Part shown: one piece after another, positions 48,332 to 57,250 of the stretch
Position numbering within the stretch: position 1 is the first letter of the stretch
How the letters are laid out: every line of letters starts with the position of its first letter
Origin: a virus
Strand: one strand, 5' to 3'
Virus record (IMG/VR): IMGVR_UViG_3300002053_001113
Span: 1 to 64,000 of that record
DNA: 64,000 bases
Program-made: the position numbers and the translations under genes
Notes under the pieces: model-generated
What the model was told of the DNA's origin: nothing
Seen by the model: the letters and a program-made list of their open reading frames with translations, nothing else
Database searches by the model: none

Positions 48332-48641
48332 CTTTTCTCCTCTTTGGTGTATTATATTTATCAATTACAATAGTATCTGGTTCTATTTCAATATATCGTT
48401 CGCCACAACCATCTTCAATAAAAAATCTACTTGTTATAATTGCTTTTCCAAGCTCCCACTCCCAAGTTTCATCATCTATAACTGAAACTTCAACTTCTCC
48501 TGGAAAATTAGCCATATCCCAAAAGTCACTAAAATCTCCACCATATAAGTGCCACTTTTCTTTACCAAAAACTTCATCAAGTTCATCAGCAAAATAATCT
48601 CTACAATCTTCATCTATATACAACTCACCTTTAGCAGTCAT
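48324..48641 (-). CDS. Acidic hypothetical protein
   Basis: ORF track. Confidence 0.65.
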   Translation of the reverse strand: MTAKGELYIDEDCRDYFADELDEVFGKEKWHLYGGDFSDFWDMANFPGEVEVSVIDDETWEWELGKAIITSRFFIEDGCGERYIEIEPDTIVIDKYNTPKRRKDD

Positions 48642-48988
48642 AGTATTATCACCTTTTTCTTAAATTTTTCTGCATAACTAATAGTATTTTCACTGCCACC
48701 TGTTCTATCTTTAGCTACAAAAGCATAAAGTATATCACAAGTTTCAGCTATTTTTTTATTCCTATCATAATAACGTTGTATCATATCACCTCTACTCTTA
48801 ATATCTTTTAAATCAGGAGTATGTATAATCACAGCCATTAGTCGTTCTCTTGCTCTTTCAACAGCCCAAGTGTCAACACCTTTACACCCACCACTTACAA
48901 CAATATCAGTCTTTTTTAAAGTATCAACTAATCTAATAACTTCTTCCTTGTTAGTTCTCCTTCTACTTCCTATAATACCTATTTTCAT
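48638..48988 (-). CDS. SLOG-superfamily protein (DprA/Smf/YspA-like)
   Basis: IGIIGSR, VVSGGCKGVDTWA, RNKKIA, GGSENTI. Confidence 0.85.
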   Translation of the reverse strand: MKIGIIGSRRRTNKEEVIRLVDTLKKTDIVVSGGCKGVDTWAVERARERLMAVIIHTPDLKDIKSRGDMIQRYYDRNKKIAETCDILYAFVAKDRTGGSENTISYAEKFKKKVIIL

Positions 48989-49056
48989 TTTTTATCTTCC
49001 AAACCTCTCTTAATTCAGCAAATATACTCTTTGCTCTGTGTTCTAATAGAACACCT

Positions 49057-49254
49057 TTAGCAGTCATTTTCCTCCTCCTCTGTCCATATATCTGTAATCT
49101 TAATAATGTTCTCCTCTTCAGTTTCCTCCTCCTCTAAATTACGCCAATAATGAGCTCTTTCCTCAGCCTCATTTTTATTTTTAGCTTTAACTTTAGCAGT
49201 CATAATCCGTTCAACAATTATTCCAACATTATAATATTTCTCTTCATTTGTCAT
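49057..49254 (-). CDS. Small acidic hypothetical protein
   Basis: ORF track; VKAKNKNEAEERA motif. Confidence 0.6.
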   Translation of the reverse strand: MTNEEKYYNVGIIVERIMTAKVKAKNKNEAEERAHYWRNLEEEETEEENIIKITDIWTEEEENDC

Positions 49255-49663
49255 CTTTCCAAACCTCTCTTAATTCAGCAAAGTGACTTTTAGCCTTATG
49301 GTCTATTAAATATCTAACATCATCAAATAACTCTTCTTTAAAAACCTCAAATTGTTCATTTGTCATTTTCTTTCTAAACAACTTTTCAAAATATTCTTTA
49401 TTAAAAGCCTCAAAAAACCTTTTTTTTCTCATCTCCTCTAATTCTTGTTTTTTCATTCTTAACAACTCCTTTACTCTACTTACAGGACCACGTTCATCTG
49501 TTATCAATTTATTCTCAATAAATTGATAGGCATCAGTTAAACGTTTCGTTCTTGTATAAGCTTTATAAGGAAACAATTTTGATAACACATAGAATAGGCC
49601 ATCCTCTTCCTTCTTATAAATATCATATCCTTTGTATTTAAAATGCCTTTTAATTGTCTTCAT
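49244..49663 (-). CDS. Hypothetical protein
   Basis: ORF track. Confidence 0.65.
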   Translation of the reverse strand: MKTIKRHFKYKGYDIYKKEEDGLFYVLSKLFPYKAYTRTKRLTDAYQFIENKLITDERGPVSRVKELLRMKKQELEEMRKKRFFEAFNKEYFEKLFRKKMTNEQFEVFKEELFDDVRYLIDHKAKSHFAELREVWKDDK

Positions 49664-49806
49664 CTTGAACTTCCATTTCTCTTAAAACATTATCTAATGA
49701 ATCTTGTATGCTTTCAACATCAAGCTCAACAAATTCCTCGGTTTCATCACCACAAAAATATAAAGGTATAATTATCTGTTCATCTCTATCTATTATGTCT
49801 TGCATT

Positions 49807-50082
49807 CTAACTTTCATTTTCAAATTCACCTCCATTCCAATCATAATAGAATTTTTTATCTTTTGCTATCTCTGTCATACGTTTATAGATTAAATCAAAT
49901 TCCTTATCACCAAAATTTATTTGGTGCTGACAACCATTTTCATCATCAAAAACAAGAATAAAAACATTACCGAAAATACCAACACTTCTATCCTCGTGCT
50001 CAATGTCTATGCCTAAATAATTCTCTACATTAATGTCCTTAATTTCTTTTTCCATTTCCTTCACCTTAGAAACAATCTTCAC
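49807..50082 (-). CDS. Hypothetical protein (contains D-x-S-V-G-I phage-type motif)
   Basis: ORF track; promoter at 50131-50150. Confidence 0.6.
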   Translation of the reverse strand: MKIVSKVKEMEKEIKDINVENYLGIDIEHEDRSVGIFGNVFILVFDDENGCQHQINFGDKEFDLIYKRMTEIAKDKKFYYDWNGGEFENES

Positions 50083-50130
50083 CTTGTTTCACCTTTTATA
50101 TTATTGTCACATATTTAGTAAGTAGATTAA

Positions 50131-50150
50131 CTATATAAAGTTTTTGATTA
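50131..50150 (-). promoter_or_regulatory. Early-type BRE/TATA promoter
   Basis: TAATCAAAAACTTTATATAG on the - strand; same class at 44257, 52045, 52633 and 58221. Confidence 0.7.
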
Positions 50151-50311
50151 TTCTTTCGTTCTATCCTCATTAATTCACCTGATTTACTATAAATTTCAAT
50201 TCAAATTTTGAACTGATTAAGGCCTGGTGTGTCTTACCAATCTTCTTCGTTACTCCTTAAAAAATGGAGTAACATCAACCAAAACAAAAAAAAAGAAAAA
50301 AATAGAAATAC

Positions 50312-50848
50312 TTAAGAAAACTTCTTAAGTATTTCTAAATAAGGTTTCTTTTGTTCCTCAAGACTTTGAATGTCTCTGTCAAGCCTATCTATCTCGTCTG
50401 TGGCTCGTCTTAGTTCTCTCTTTGCATACTCAACTTCTTCATTTAATTTTTCCTCTTGGAACTTTTTCTTAGCTGTTGCCAAGTTAGATTTTTTAATGTT
50501 TTCTAATTTCATTTTCTTTCCTCCATTTCTTTTCTCCTCACATAACTCAAACAATTTTAATACCAGTCTTGTTAAACTTACGTAATCTCTGTCTGCAGAT
50601 TCTGGCCAATCTCCTTTATTAGCTTTATAACCATAAACATCACTACAAAAGTCATATTTATAAGTTATACCTAACAATTGAAAAATTCTTGAATTAGCAC
50701 CGCCACAAGATAAGTGGTTGTTCATCACGTCATAAGTCATACGGTTTGGGCTTCCATTCTTATTAACAAGAAAATGAACTTTATCACCTTGTTTGAGTGT
50801 GTGTCCTTCAAGTTCGTTTCTCTCCCAATAGTCCATTTTGTTTTTCAC
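50312..50848 (-). CDS. Hypothetical protein with C-terminal coiled coil
   Basis: ORF track. Confidence 0.68.
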   Translation of the reverse strand: MKNKMDYWERNELEGHTLKQGDKVHFLVNKNGSPNRMTYDVMNNHLSCGGANSRIFQLLGITYKYDFCSDVYGYKANKGDWPESADRDYVSLTRLVLKLFELCEEKRNGGKKMKLENIKKSNLATAKKKFQEEKLNEEVEYAKRELRRATDEIDRLDRDIQSLEEQKKPYLEILKKFS

Positions 50849-50871
50849 CCCCCATAGTCTTACACTATGAT

Positions 50872-51099
50872 TTATATTTTAATTCCAAAAAACTTTAAAG
50901 CATCTTCTTCCTTAAAAAAGAGTTGTGCTCCACATATAGGACAGTCATAACTATCTGGTTCCCCACTTTCACCAGCACCCCACTCCTTTCTTTCATCTTG
51001 TTCATACTCGCCTTTACTATTTAAAGGAGTTCTTATCCAAATGTTTTGGACGTTATAAAGGTAAGTAATGTTTGCCTTACAACTTGGGCATTTTGTCAT
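50872..51099 (-). CDS. Double-CxxC Zn-ribbon protein
   Basis: CPSC...CPICG. Confidence 0.68.
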   Translation of the reverse strand: MTKCPSCKANITYLYNVQNIWIRTPLNSKGEYEQDERKEWGAGESGEPDSYDCPICGAQLFFKEEDALKFFGIKI

Positions 51100-51284
51100 T
51101 TTCTTTTCACCTTTACTTTATCTCTTATATCAAATTCATTACCATGAAAATCATTTATAAAAAATAATTCTTCAATCACTTCCTCGTCTTTTTTAAATTC
51201 ACAGTCCATATCTATCAGCATATTTTTTAGTTCATCAAATTCTTTCTTTTCTACTTCAATTTCAAACTTAATAGTTTCAGTCAT
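51096..51284 (-). CDS. Small acidic protein
   Basis: ORF track; coupled overlap. Confidence 0.55.
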   Translation of the reverse strand: MTETIKFEIEVEKKEFDELKNMLIDMDCEFKKDEEVIEELFFINDFHGNEFDIRDKVKVKRK

Positions 51285-51492
51285 CTATATCATTAATTAA
51301 ATTTTGTGCTTCTTTTAATGTATCACAATAATCAACAAGCTCACCACTTGGTTGTTTGTGTATTGTAATAATCTCGTCTCTATCATAATAATTACTACCA
51401 ACGTGATGATTGATTAGGTAGCCTTTGTATTTATATATACTATCCTCACTCACTCGCCCAACCAATTCAAATTTAGATTTTCTCTTTCTCAT
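51277..51492 (-). CDS. Hypothetical protein
   Basis: ORF track. Confidence 0.58.
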   Translation of the reverse strand: MRKRKSKFELVGRVSEDSIYKYKGYLINHHVGSNYYDRDEIITIHKQPSGELVDYCDTLKEAQNLINDIDD

Positions 51493-51516
51493 TTTTCCAC
51501 CTGTTAAATTTAAAGT

Positions 51517-51735
51517 TCAAAACCAAGTATCACATTTAAGGCAGTGTGACTTATCATCAACTTTAAATGCTCTAATTTGGAAACGCCACTTGCTAACATC
51601 TTTCTCTTGGCAGTTTTCAACTTCGTGGGCTCCACAATTAGGACAAATTAAACAATTGCACCCTTCCTTATTAATAGGTTTCACAACTATAATTTCAATA
51701 TCACTACTTTTGGATTCTTCCATATTAATCTCCAT
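51517..51735 (-). CDS. Zn-ribbon protein
   Basis: CPNCG...CLKCDTWF. Confidence 0.6.
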   Translation of the reverse strand: MEINMEESKSSDIEIIVVKPINKEGCNCLICPNCGAHEVENCQEKDVSKWRFQIRAFKVDDKSHCLKCDTWF

Positions 51736-52044
51736 CCTTAAGTATTTTATAATGCTTACCTTTAACTAAATTAAGCGTAAGATTTCCATCTTTATCTTGA
51801 GCATAAACCACATAGTCTCCATATCTTACCATTTAGCCTAACGCCTCATCTATAGCTTCTCTTATTTTGAATAATTTGTATTTATCATCCCAATTATTTT
51901 TTGGAACATCTAATATCAATTTTATTTCATCCAAAATTGCCTTTAGCATTTTATACTCAGAAAAATCTTCACCTTTTGTTCCTTCCATTAATCTTCACCT
52001 TTTGATTTAAACTTAAATACTCATATATTAAGTAAGTAGAATAA

Positions 52045-52064
52045 CTATATAAATTTTTTGATTA
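52045..52064 (-). promoter_or_regulatory. Early-type BRE/TATA promoter
   Basis: TAATCAAAAAATTTATATAG on the - strand. Confidence 0.7.
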
Positions 52065-52159
52065 TTCACTAAGACTACTCTCCACCAGCCAGATAATTAA
52101 CTATAAATTTCAATTCAAATTATGGATAGATTAGAATTATAGAATTTGAATGGTTTTAG

Positions 52160-52190
52160 ATGTTACTCCTCACGTATTTAGGAGTAACAT
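52160..52190. repeat. Inverted repeat ATGTTACTCCT-N9-AGGAGTAACAT
   Basis: Perfect 11-bp arms; related GTTACTCC-N9-GGAGTAAC at 50249-50273. Confidence 0.8.
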
Positions 52191-52230
52191 AGAAAAAACC
52201 AAAAAAAAAGAAATAAGGAAGTTTCCTTCC

Positions 52231-52551
52231 TTATTCCTTTTTAACAATCTTAAGCTCGTCATCACTTTCTTCAATTTTATAAGTGCTCCACCAACCTTTA
52301 CGTTCTGTCTTAATGTCACGTAAAATTGCGTTCACCAAAGCAGTCACTCTTGCTTCCTCAATTGGTCTGCCTTTGCTGTTTTTAGTTATGCCTTTTGCCT
52401 TAAAGTGGTTAAGGATTTTTTGAACCGCCTCGGCTCTATCCTTAACACCAGTTTCTGCAAGTGCCTTAAAAACAGACACAATAGTTGGCGTCTTATTTTC
52501 TGTCTTTGTTTCTTGTTTTTCTTTCTTTTGTTTTGCTTTCATTTGTTTCAC
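52231..52551 (-). CDS. Basic hypothetical protein, first early gene
   Basis: GGTGA RBS/GTG start; own promoter at 52633-52651; T-rich terminator. Confidence 0.7.
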   Translation of the reverse strand: MKQMKAKQKKEKQETKTENKTPTIVSVFKALAETGVKDRAEAVQKILNHFKAKGITKNSKGRPIEEARVTALVNAILRDIKTERKGWWSTYKIEESDDELKIVKKE

Positions 52552-52632
52552 CTTTTGTTGTTTTTGTTTTTTGTTGGAGTGGAAAATTGTTCGTTTTCCA
52601 ACCCAGTCTTATATATAAGTAAGTAGGCAGAC

Positions 52633-52719
52633 TTTATAAATGTTTTGATTATATGCTGTAAAATAGAATAAAAAAATCAAAACATTTATAAATGGATAAA
52701 AATCAAAACATTTATAAAT
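52633..52719. promoter_or_regulatory. Divergent BRE/TATA cluster (one - copy, two tandem + copies AATCAAAACATTTATAAAT)
   Basis: Direct repeats at 52675-52693 and 52701-52719; inverted copy at 52633-52651. Confidence 0.7.
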
Positions 52720-53232
52720 ACATTTATGTTACTATTATATGAGGAGTAACACGAGAAAATGGTGGGTGGAATAAATGTATTCTCAAATAAAATGATAGGA
52801 AACATTATTTTTCCATACATCTTTTTCAACCATTATTTGGCAAAGTATATATTATAGAATATATATTAGATACGATATGATATTAAATATCTTTTATAGA
52901 ATACATATTAAATAAGATATGATACAAAAGTTATGATTAAAAAGATGAATAAAATTTTGTTAAAACATCAAAAAAATTTTAACCAACTATAAAATTTAGG
53001 AGTAACATCAAATAAAAATTAAACAAATCAAACAAAATTAAACATCAAACAATACAAAACATCAAGTCAAAATTTAACTACAAAAAAATCAAATTCAACT
53101 TAAATCAAGTCAATTCAAATTCAAATATATTGATTTGAATTTTAATTTCAATTTGAAATTTCAAATTTAAAATTGTATTTTTCCATTTTTTTGGTGTTAC
53201 TCCAGATTTCAAATCTAACTAGGTGTTACTCC

Positions 53233-54312
53233 GTGAAAGCAGATAATTTTGATGTAAACTTATTTAACGAGTATTTGAAAAGTTCAAAATTTAAGTTGAG
53301 TGATGGTACACGTGATAAGTATGTTGGTACTGTGAGAAAATTTCTAACATCAAATCCAGACATTGACAGTATAGATGAATACAACAACTTTCTAACAGAA
53401 AACCCACAATATTTAAACCAATTTGCACTCTCTTATTTTATTAAATTTAAAATTGATGATAACACATTAAAGAACGCACTATTAAAAGGTTTAGTTAAAA
53501 AAGATTTAAAAGAACCAGAAATAACACGCAAGTCTTTAACAAACAAACAAATATCTCAAATAATTAATAAAATAGAAAACCCAGAACATCAACTTATAGC
53601 ACGTTTACAACGTGAAACTGGTGCACGTGCAGGAGATATAATAAGATTAAAAAAAGAGAATATAATTAAAGAAGAAACAAACGATAAAACAATATTAAAA
53701 TTAATCATTATTGGAAAAGGTAAAAAATTAAGCACAACCTATGTGGCTGATGAAGAACTACAAAACGACTTATGGGATTTCAAAGAAAAATATAGCAAAA
53801 CAATAATGTTCTCAAACTCAGATAAGCCAACTAAATATGTATTTTTGAGACCACCCAAATTTATCATAAAAAAAGAGCCTTATACACCATCCTCATTATC
53901 AGGATTAGCATACGGCCGATATTATGCAAGTCTAAAAGCTGCAATGGAAGAGTGTGGATTTAATACAAAAGATTGGAGCACACACGACTTTAGAAGAGAC
54001 TTCGCAAGAAGAATGTATGAACAATATGATAAAGATATATACAAATTACAAAAAGCTTTAAGACACAGAAGTATAGAAACAACAGCCATTTATCTAAGAC
54101 AATCGGGGTTAGACTTAAAAGAAGATTTAATTGAACAAACTAAAACACGTAAAAAAGAAGAACAAAAAAAACAAGACAAAAGACGTATAATTGTTCTTAA
54201 AGATAATGTTATAGAAGGTTGTAAAGTTGGAGATATAATTAAGATTGGTGAAAACATCAGTGATACTGACGTGGATATGTTAATCTCTGAGGGTATTCTA
54301 AAGGCTATATAA
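53233..54312 (+). CDS. Tyrosine recombinase/integrase (XerC/D-like)
   Basis: TGARAGDI (R), GKGKK, THDFRR (HxxR), LRHRSIETTAIY (H, Y); GTG start at 53233 proposed, ORF open from 53173. Confidence 0.92.
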   Translation: MKADNFDVNLFNEYLKSSKFKLSDGTRDKYVGTVRKFLTSNPDIDSIDEYNNFLTENPQYLNQFALSYFIKFKIDDNTLKNALLKGLVKKDLKEPEITRKSLTNKQISQIINKIENPEHQLIARLQRETGARAGDIIRLKKENIIKEETNDKTILKLIIIGKGKKLSTTYVADEELQNDLWDFKEKYSKTIMFSNSDKPTKYVFLRPPKFIIKKEPYTPSSLSGLAYGRYYASLKAAMEECGFNTKDWSTHDFRRDFARRMYEQYDKDIYKLQKALRHRSIETTAIYLRQSGLDLKEDLIEQTKTRKKEEQKKQDKRRIIVLKDNVIEGCKVGDIIKIGENISDTDVDMLISEGILKAI

Positions 54313-54890
54313 AAACAACCGAGTGATTTCCACCTAAAACATTACCCTATATTCTACACTATTTTTTGAAACGGTTGTCTTCCCCATATTACATTACAAA
54401 AAGGTATATATTACTATGGAAACCCACAATATATATGTGATTCTCAAAGCTGGGGTTTTTGTTTTAAGTAAAAAAACACGCAGAAAAAAACAAGGAGCAT
54501 TCAAAATCACAAAATTTCCAGAAAGAAATAGTAATTTCTTTTGGTATTTTTTGGAGGTTATATACCATAATGGTCACCATATATCATAATTATGAAACTA
54601 ACTTCACCAGGTGAATGAATAAGTAAGATGTTTATTAACTTAATAACTTAATTAGTTTCTTAGTTATTCTCACCTTGTTAAACCTAAGTATTCTGCGTGA
54701 TTATGTGGTCTATTCGCCCCTCTCTTATTTGCCGTCTGACTGTGAGCATCTAAACCATCAGACCTGCTGCGGCTTCACCTGTCATTCACGCTACCAAAAC
54801 CAAGAATGAACAAAATTCCACCTTGCAATTCTATACTCAAGTCTATACGTTTTCTCCACTACCAATTATATACTCTAACATAGAAATAAC

Positions 54891-55058
54891 TTACCATTTA
54901 CCACGGTCTTTTCCCCACCAAAAAACGTCTGCCAGCAACCGAATTATATACAGGAGTATAAGAATACCAATAGGTATTAAAATATATTGCTTTAATGTTA
55001 ATAGCAAAACAAAAAACACAATCAAAATTGCTAACCCTTTAAGTAGTATTCCTACCAT
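54891..55058 (-). CDS. Small membrane protein (55 aa)
   Basis: Manual translation MVGILLKGLAILIVFF...FWWGKDRGKW. Confidence 0.55.
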   Translation of the reverse strand: MVGILLKGLAILIVFFVLLLTLKQYILIPIGILILLYIIRLLADVFWWGKDRGKW

Positions 55059-55251
55059 TATAATCCTTTCTCCTTAAACTCATATTACTCTGATGCATTA
55101 TAATCATTTGTAATAGCTCTTTATCTTCTTGTAACTGATTATATAAAATAGCAAGTTTATCCATCTCTGCTAACAGTCGTTCCTCTTTATCATATAAATC
55201 ATCTAACTGTTTAAGTAGTTCAGGAATATCTTTTTTAACTGGTTGTGCCAT
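55039..55251 (-). CDS. Small coiled-coil protein
   Basis: ORF track. Confidence 0.6.
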   Translation of the reverse strand: MAQPVKKDIPELLKQLDDLYDKEERLLAEMDKLAILYNQLQEDKELLQMIIMHQSNMSLRRKDYNGRNTT

Positions 55252-55516
55252 TGTATTGCCACATTATATCTTCTTCTCTTATTGGTTGTGGATATGCGCC
55301 GGTAGAACTACACTTTGGTGTAACTAATTCACCATTAATATATGTCTCAACACAACCGCCAGGATATTCAACAGTAATTTCCTGTTTAAAAGCATCTTTA
55401 TTTCTAACTAACAATATTACCATTATGATAATCACAATTCCAAAAATTATACCCATTATTATTCTAATCTTTTTATTATCCATCTTTAACCTCCCGTAAG
55501 TTTCCATATAACCCAA
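55235..55516 (-). CDS. Single-TM protein
   Basis: ORF track; true start may be MDNKK. Confidence 0.6.
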   Translation of the reverse strand: MGYMETYGRLKMDNKKIRIIMGIIFGIVIIIMVILLVRNKDAFKQEITVEYPGGCVETYINGELVTPKCSSTGAYPQPIREEDIMWQYNGTTS

Positions 55517-55626
55517 GTGGCACCAAATATTAAGAATAAAATGCCTATTAGAATTAGTATTTTCTCAGGTTCTGCAGCTAAAGCACTTGCTCCAGTTACA
55601 TTGTACAATGATGCATTTGTAGGCAT

Positions 55627-56118
55627 TTAAGGTTGCCACCATTTTCTTTTCTTAAAATATTGTTTATCAACTTTTGCTTTTTTAAGAGCAGTTCTATATA
55701 TCAAAAATACAACAAGTGAAAGCACCACAGGTACAATAAAAAATACAGTTGACATAATACCATATGCTTGCATTCGTTCTGCTTTTGGAACATTAGCCTG
55801 CTCCTGTACTAAATCTGGATTAATAATACCCATAGTATTACTAAACACAGCCAACCCAACACTTAAAATTCCAAATACCACTATTAACAACATTAAATAT
55901 AATGCAAAGTGAGTTGGATAAATATTTCGTATTGTGTAAAACCCAATACCTAAAATTACTAAACCTTTTAATATTATAAGAGGCCAAATTGAACCTGTTA
56001 ATAAAAACAACGGGTTACTCTCACCTGGCAGTATAAATAAGGCTGTAATTAAATCAGCTATGTTAAGCAATACAAAAACTAAAAAAAGAACAAAAAGTAA
56101 TGGATTTTTTGGTTTCAT
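55627..56118 (-). CDS. DUF5658-like 4-TM membrane protein
   Basis: LNIADLIT...GESNPL motif. Confidence 0.65.
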   Translation of the reverse strand: MKPKNPLLFVLFLVFVLLNIADLITALFILPGESNPLFLLTGSIWPLIILKGLVILGIGFYTIRNIYPTHFALYLMLLIVVFGILSVGLAVFSNTMGIINPDLVQEQANVPKAERMQAYGIMSTVFFIVPVVLSLVVFLIYRTALKKAKVDKQYFKKRKWWQP

Positions 56119-56280
56119 CCTAATGAGACTGCGCTAAGCATAAATATAACTGCTAATAGTGCTCCACAAAAAGCTCCAAACAGTCCAACTTTTATCACAA
56201 ACCATCTATCTACTACTCTTTGTTCTGCCATAAACTCCTTAAAGGTTAGGCCATTACGCATTTGCTACCACCTCAACTAA

Positions 56281-56904
56281 TTAAAAATGGAAAAATATTA
56301 TATGTCTGCCATTAATTACTTGTCTGCCTATTTGAATAACAGTACTGTTGTCAACAGCTGTTGCCAAATCTTGTATAAAATTATTTAATTGTGATTCTGG
56401 AACAGTTGCCTCTACAACCTGTGCCTCCAATAGCCTTATAACAACTTTAATGTTGGTATCTCTTTGTGGTGGAGGCATAGCATATTCCTGCCCATATGCT
56501 TGCCTATACTCAGGTGGTATAGGAGCAGGTGGTGGTCTAGGTGGCTGTGGCATTTCACGCACTGTCTGTCTTATATTTTCCTCAAATCTCCTCTGCTCAT
56601 TTGGACTAGGCCTTGCCATTTTTGGTGGCTCCCTCACACCTTCTGGAAAAGGACTCGGACTATAATCCTCTGGTCTAGGTGGCACTTGCCTTTCCTGCTG
56701 CTGATTCTCCTCGTCATCTATCTTTTCTAATTTTCCCCCTCTTAATGCAAATTTTCCCATTTTCACTACTTCCTCCTTTAATTTTCGTATTTTTCTTTCG
56801 TATTTTGGATTACCCGTTGCTAATAATTTTTCTATTTTTTGTTGTTTCTGCCTCATCTTCTCTAATATTTTTCTCTTCTTTTTTTCACTTATTTCCTTTG
56901 GCAT
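56281..56904 (-). CDS. Pro-rich hypothetical protein
   Basis: ORF track. Confidence 0.7.
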   Translation of the reverse strand: MPKEISEKKKRKILEKMRQKQQKIEKLLATGNPKYERKIRKLKEEVVKMGKFALRGGKLEKIDDEENQQQERQVPPRPEDYSPSPFPEGVREPPKMARPSPNEQRRFEENIRQTVREMPQPPRPPPAPIPPEYRQAYGQEYAMPPPQRDTNIKVVIRLLEAQVVEATVPESQLNNFIQDLATAVDNSTVIQIGRQVINGRHIIFFHF

Positions 56905-57250
56905 ATTTATTCAACCTCGCTCTTGCTTCTGGTGTTAATATAGTCACCTTCTCAAAAGTTGACGTTCTTAATACTTGTGCATATTGTGATTCAGATAACA
57001 TAAGTTTAAGCTGTCCTTTATCAATTGTTTCTCTTTTTTGTGTAGATATCGTAACACTTATATTTGTATTCTCATCTTTATATTTTTCCCACTTTCTTTC
57101 CTTTAGATAGACTTTAATTTTATCTCTCAAACTTTCCTCTATTTTTTGTATCTCTGATAGTACATTATTAACTTCTTGCCATCTAGAAAGAATGGACGTA
57201 ATATTTTTTTCGTCCAAACCTTCTAGTAATATTTCTGTATTATTTACCAT
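56885..57250 (-). CDS. Hypothetical coiled-coil protein (phage-type)
   Basis: ORF track. Confidence 0.7.
   Translation of the reverse strand: MVNNTEILLEGLDEKNITSILSRWQEVNNVLSEIQKIEESLRDKIKVYLKERKWEKYKDENTNISVTISTQKRETIDKGQLKLMLSESQYAQVLRTSTFEKVTILTPEARARLNKYAKGNK

Noticed and set aside
52739-52774. TrpL-like leader peptide MRSNTRKWWVE
   Set aside because: No trp genes or attenuator downstream; likely chance.
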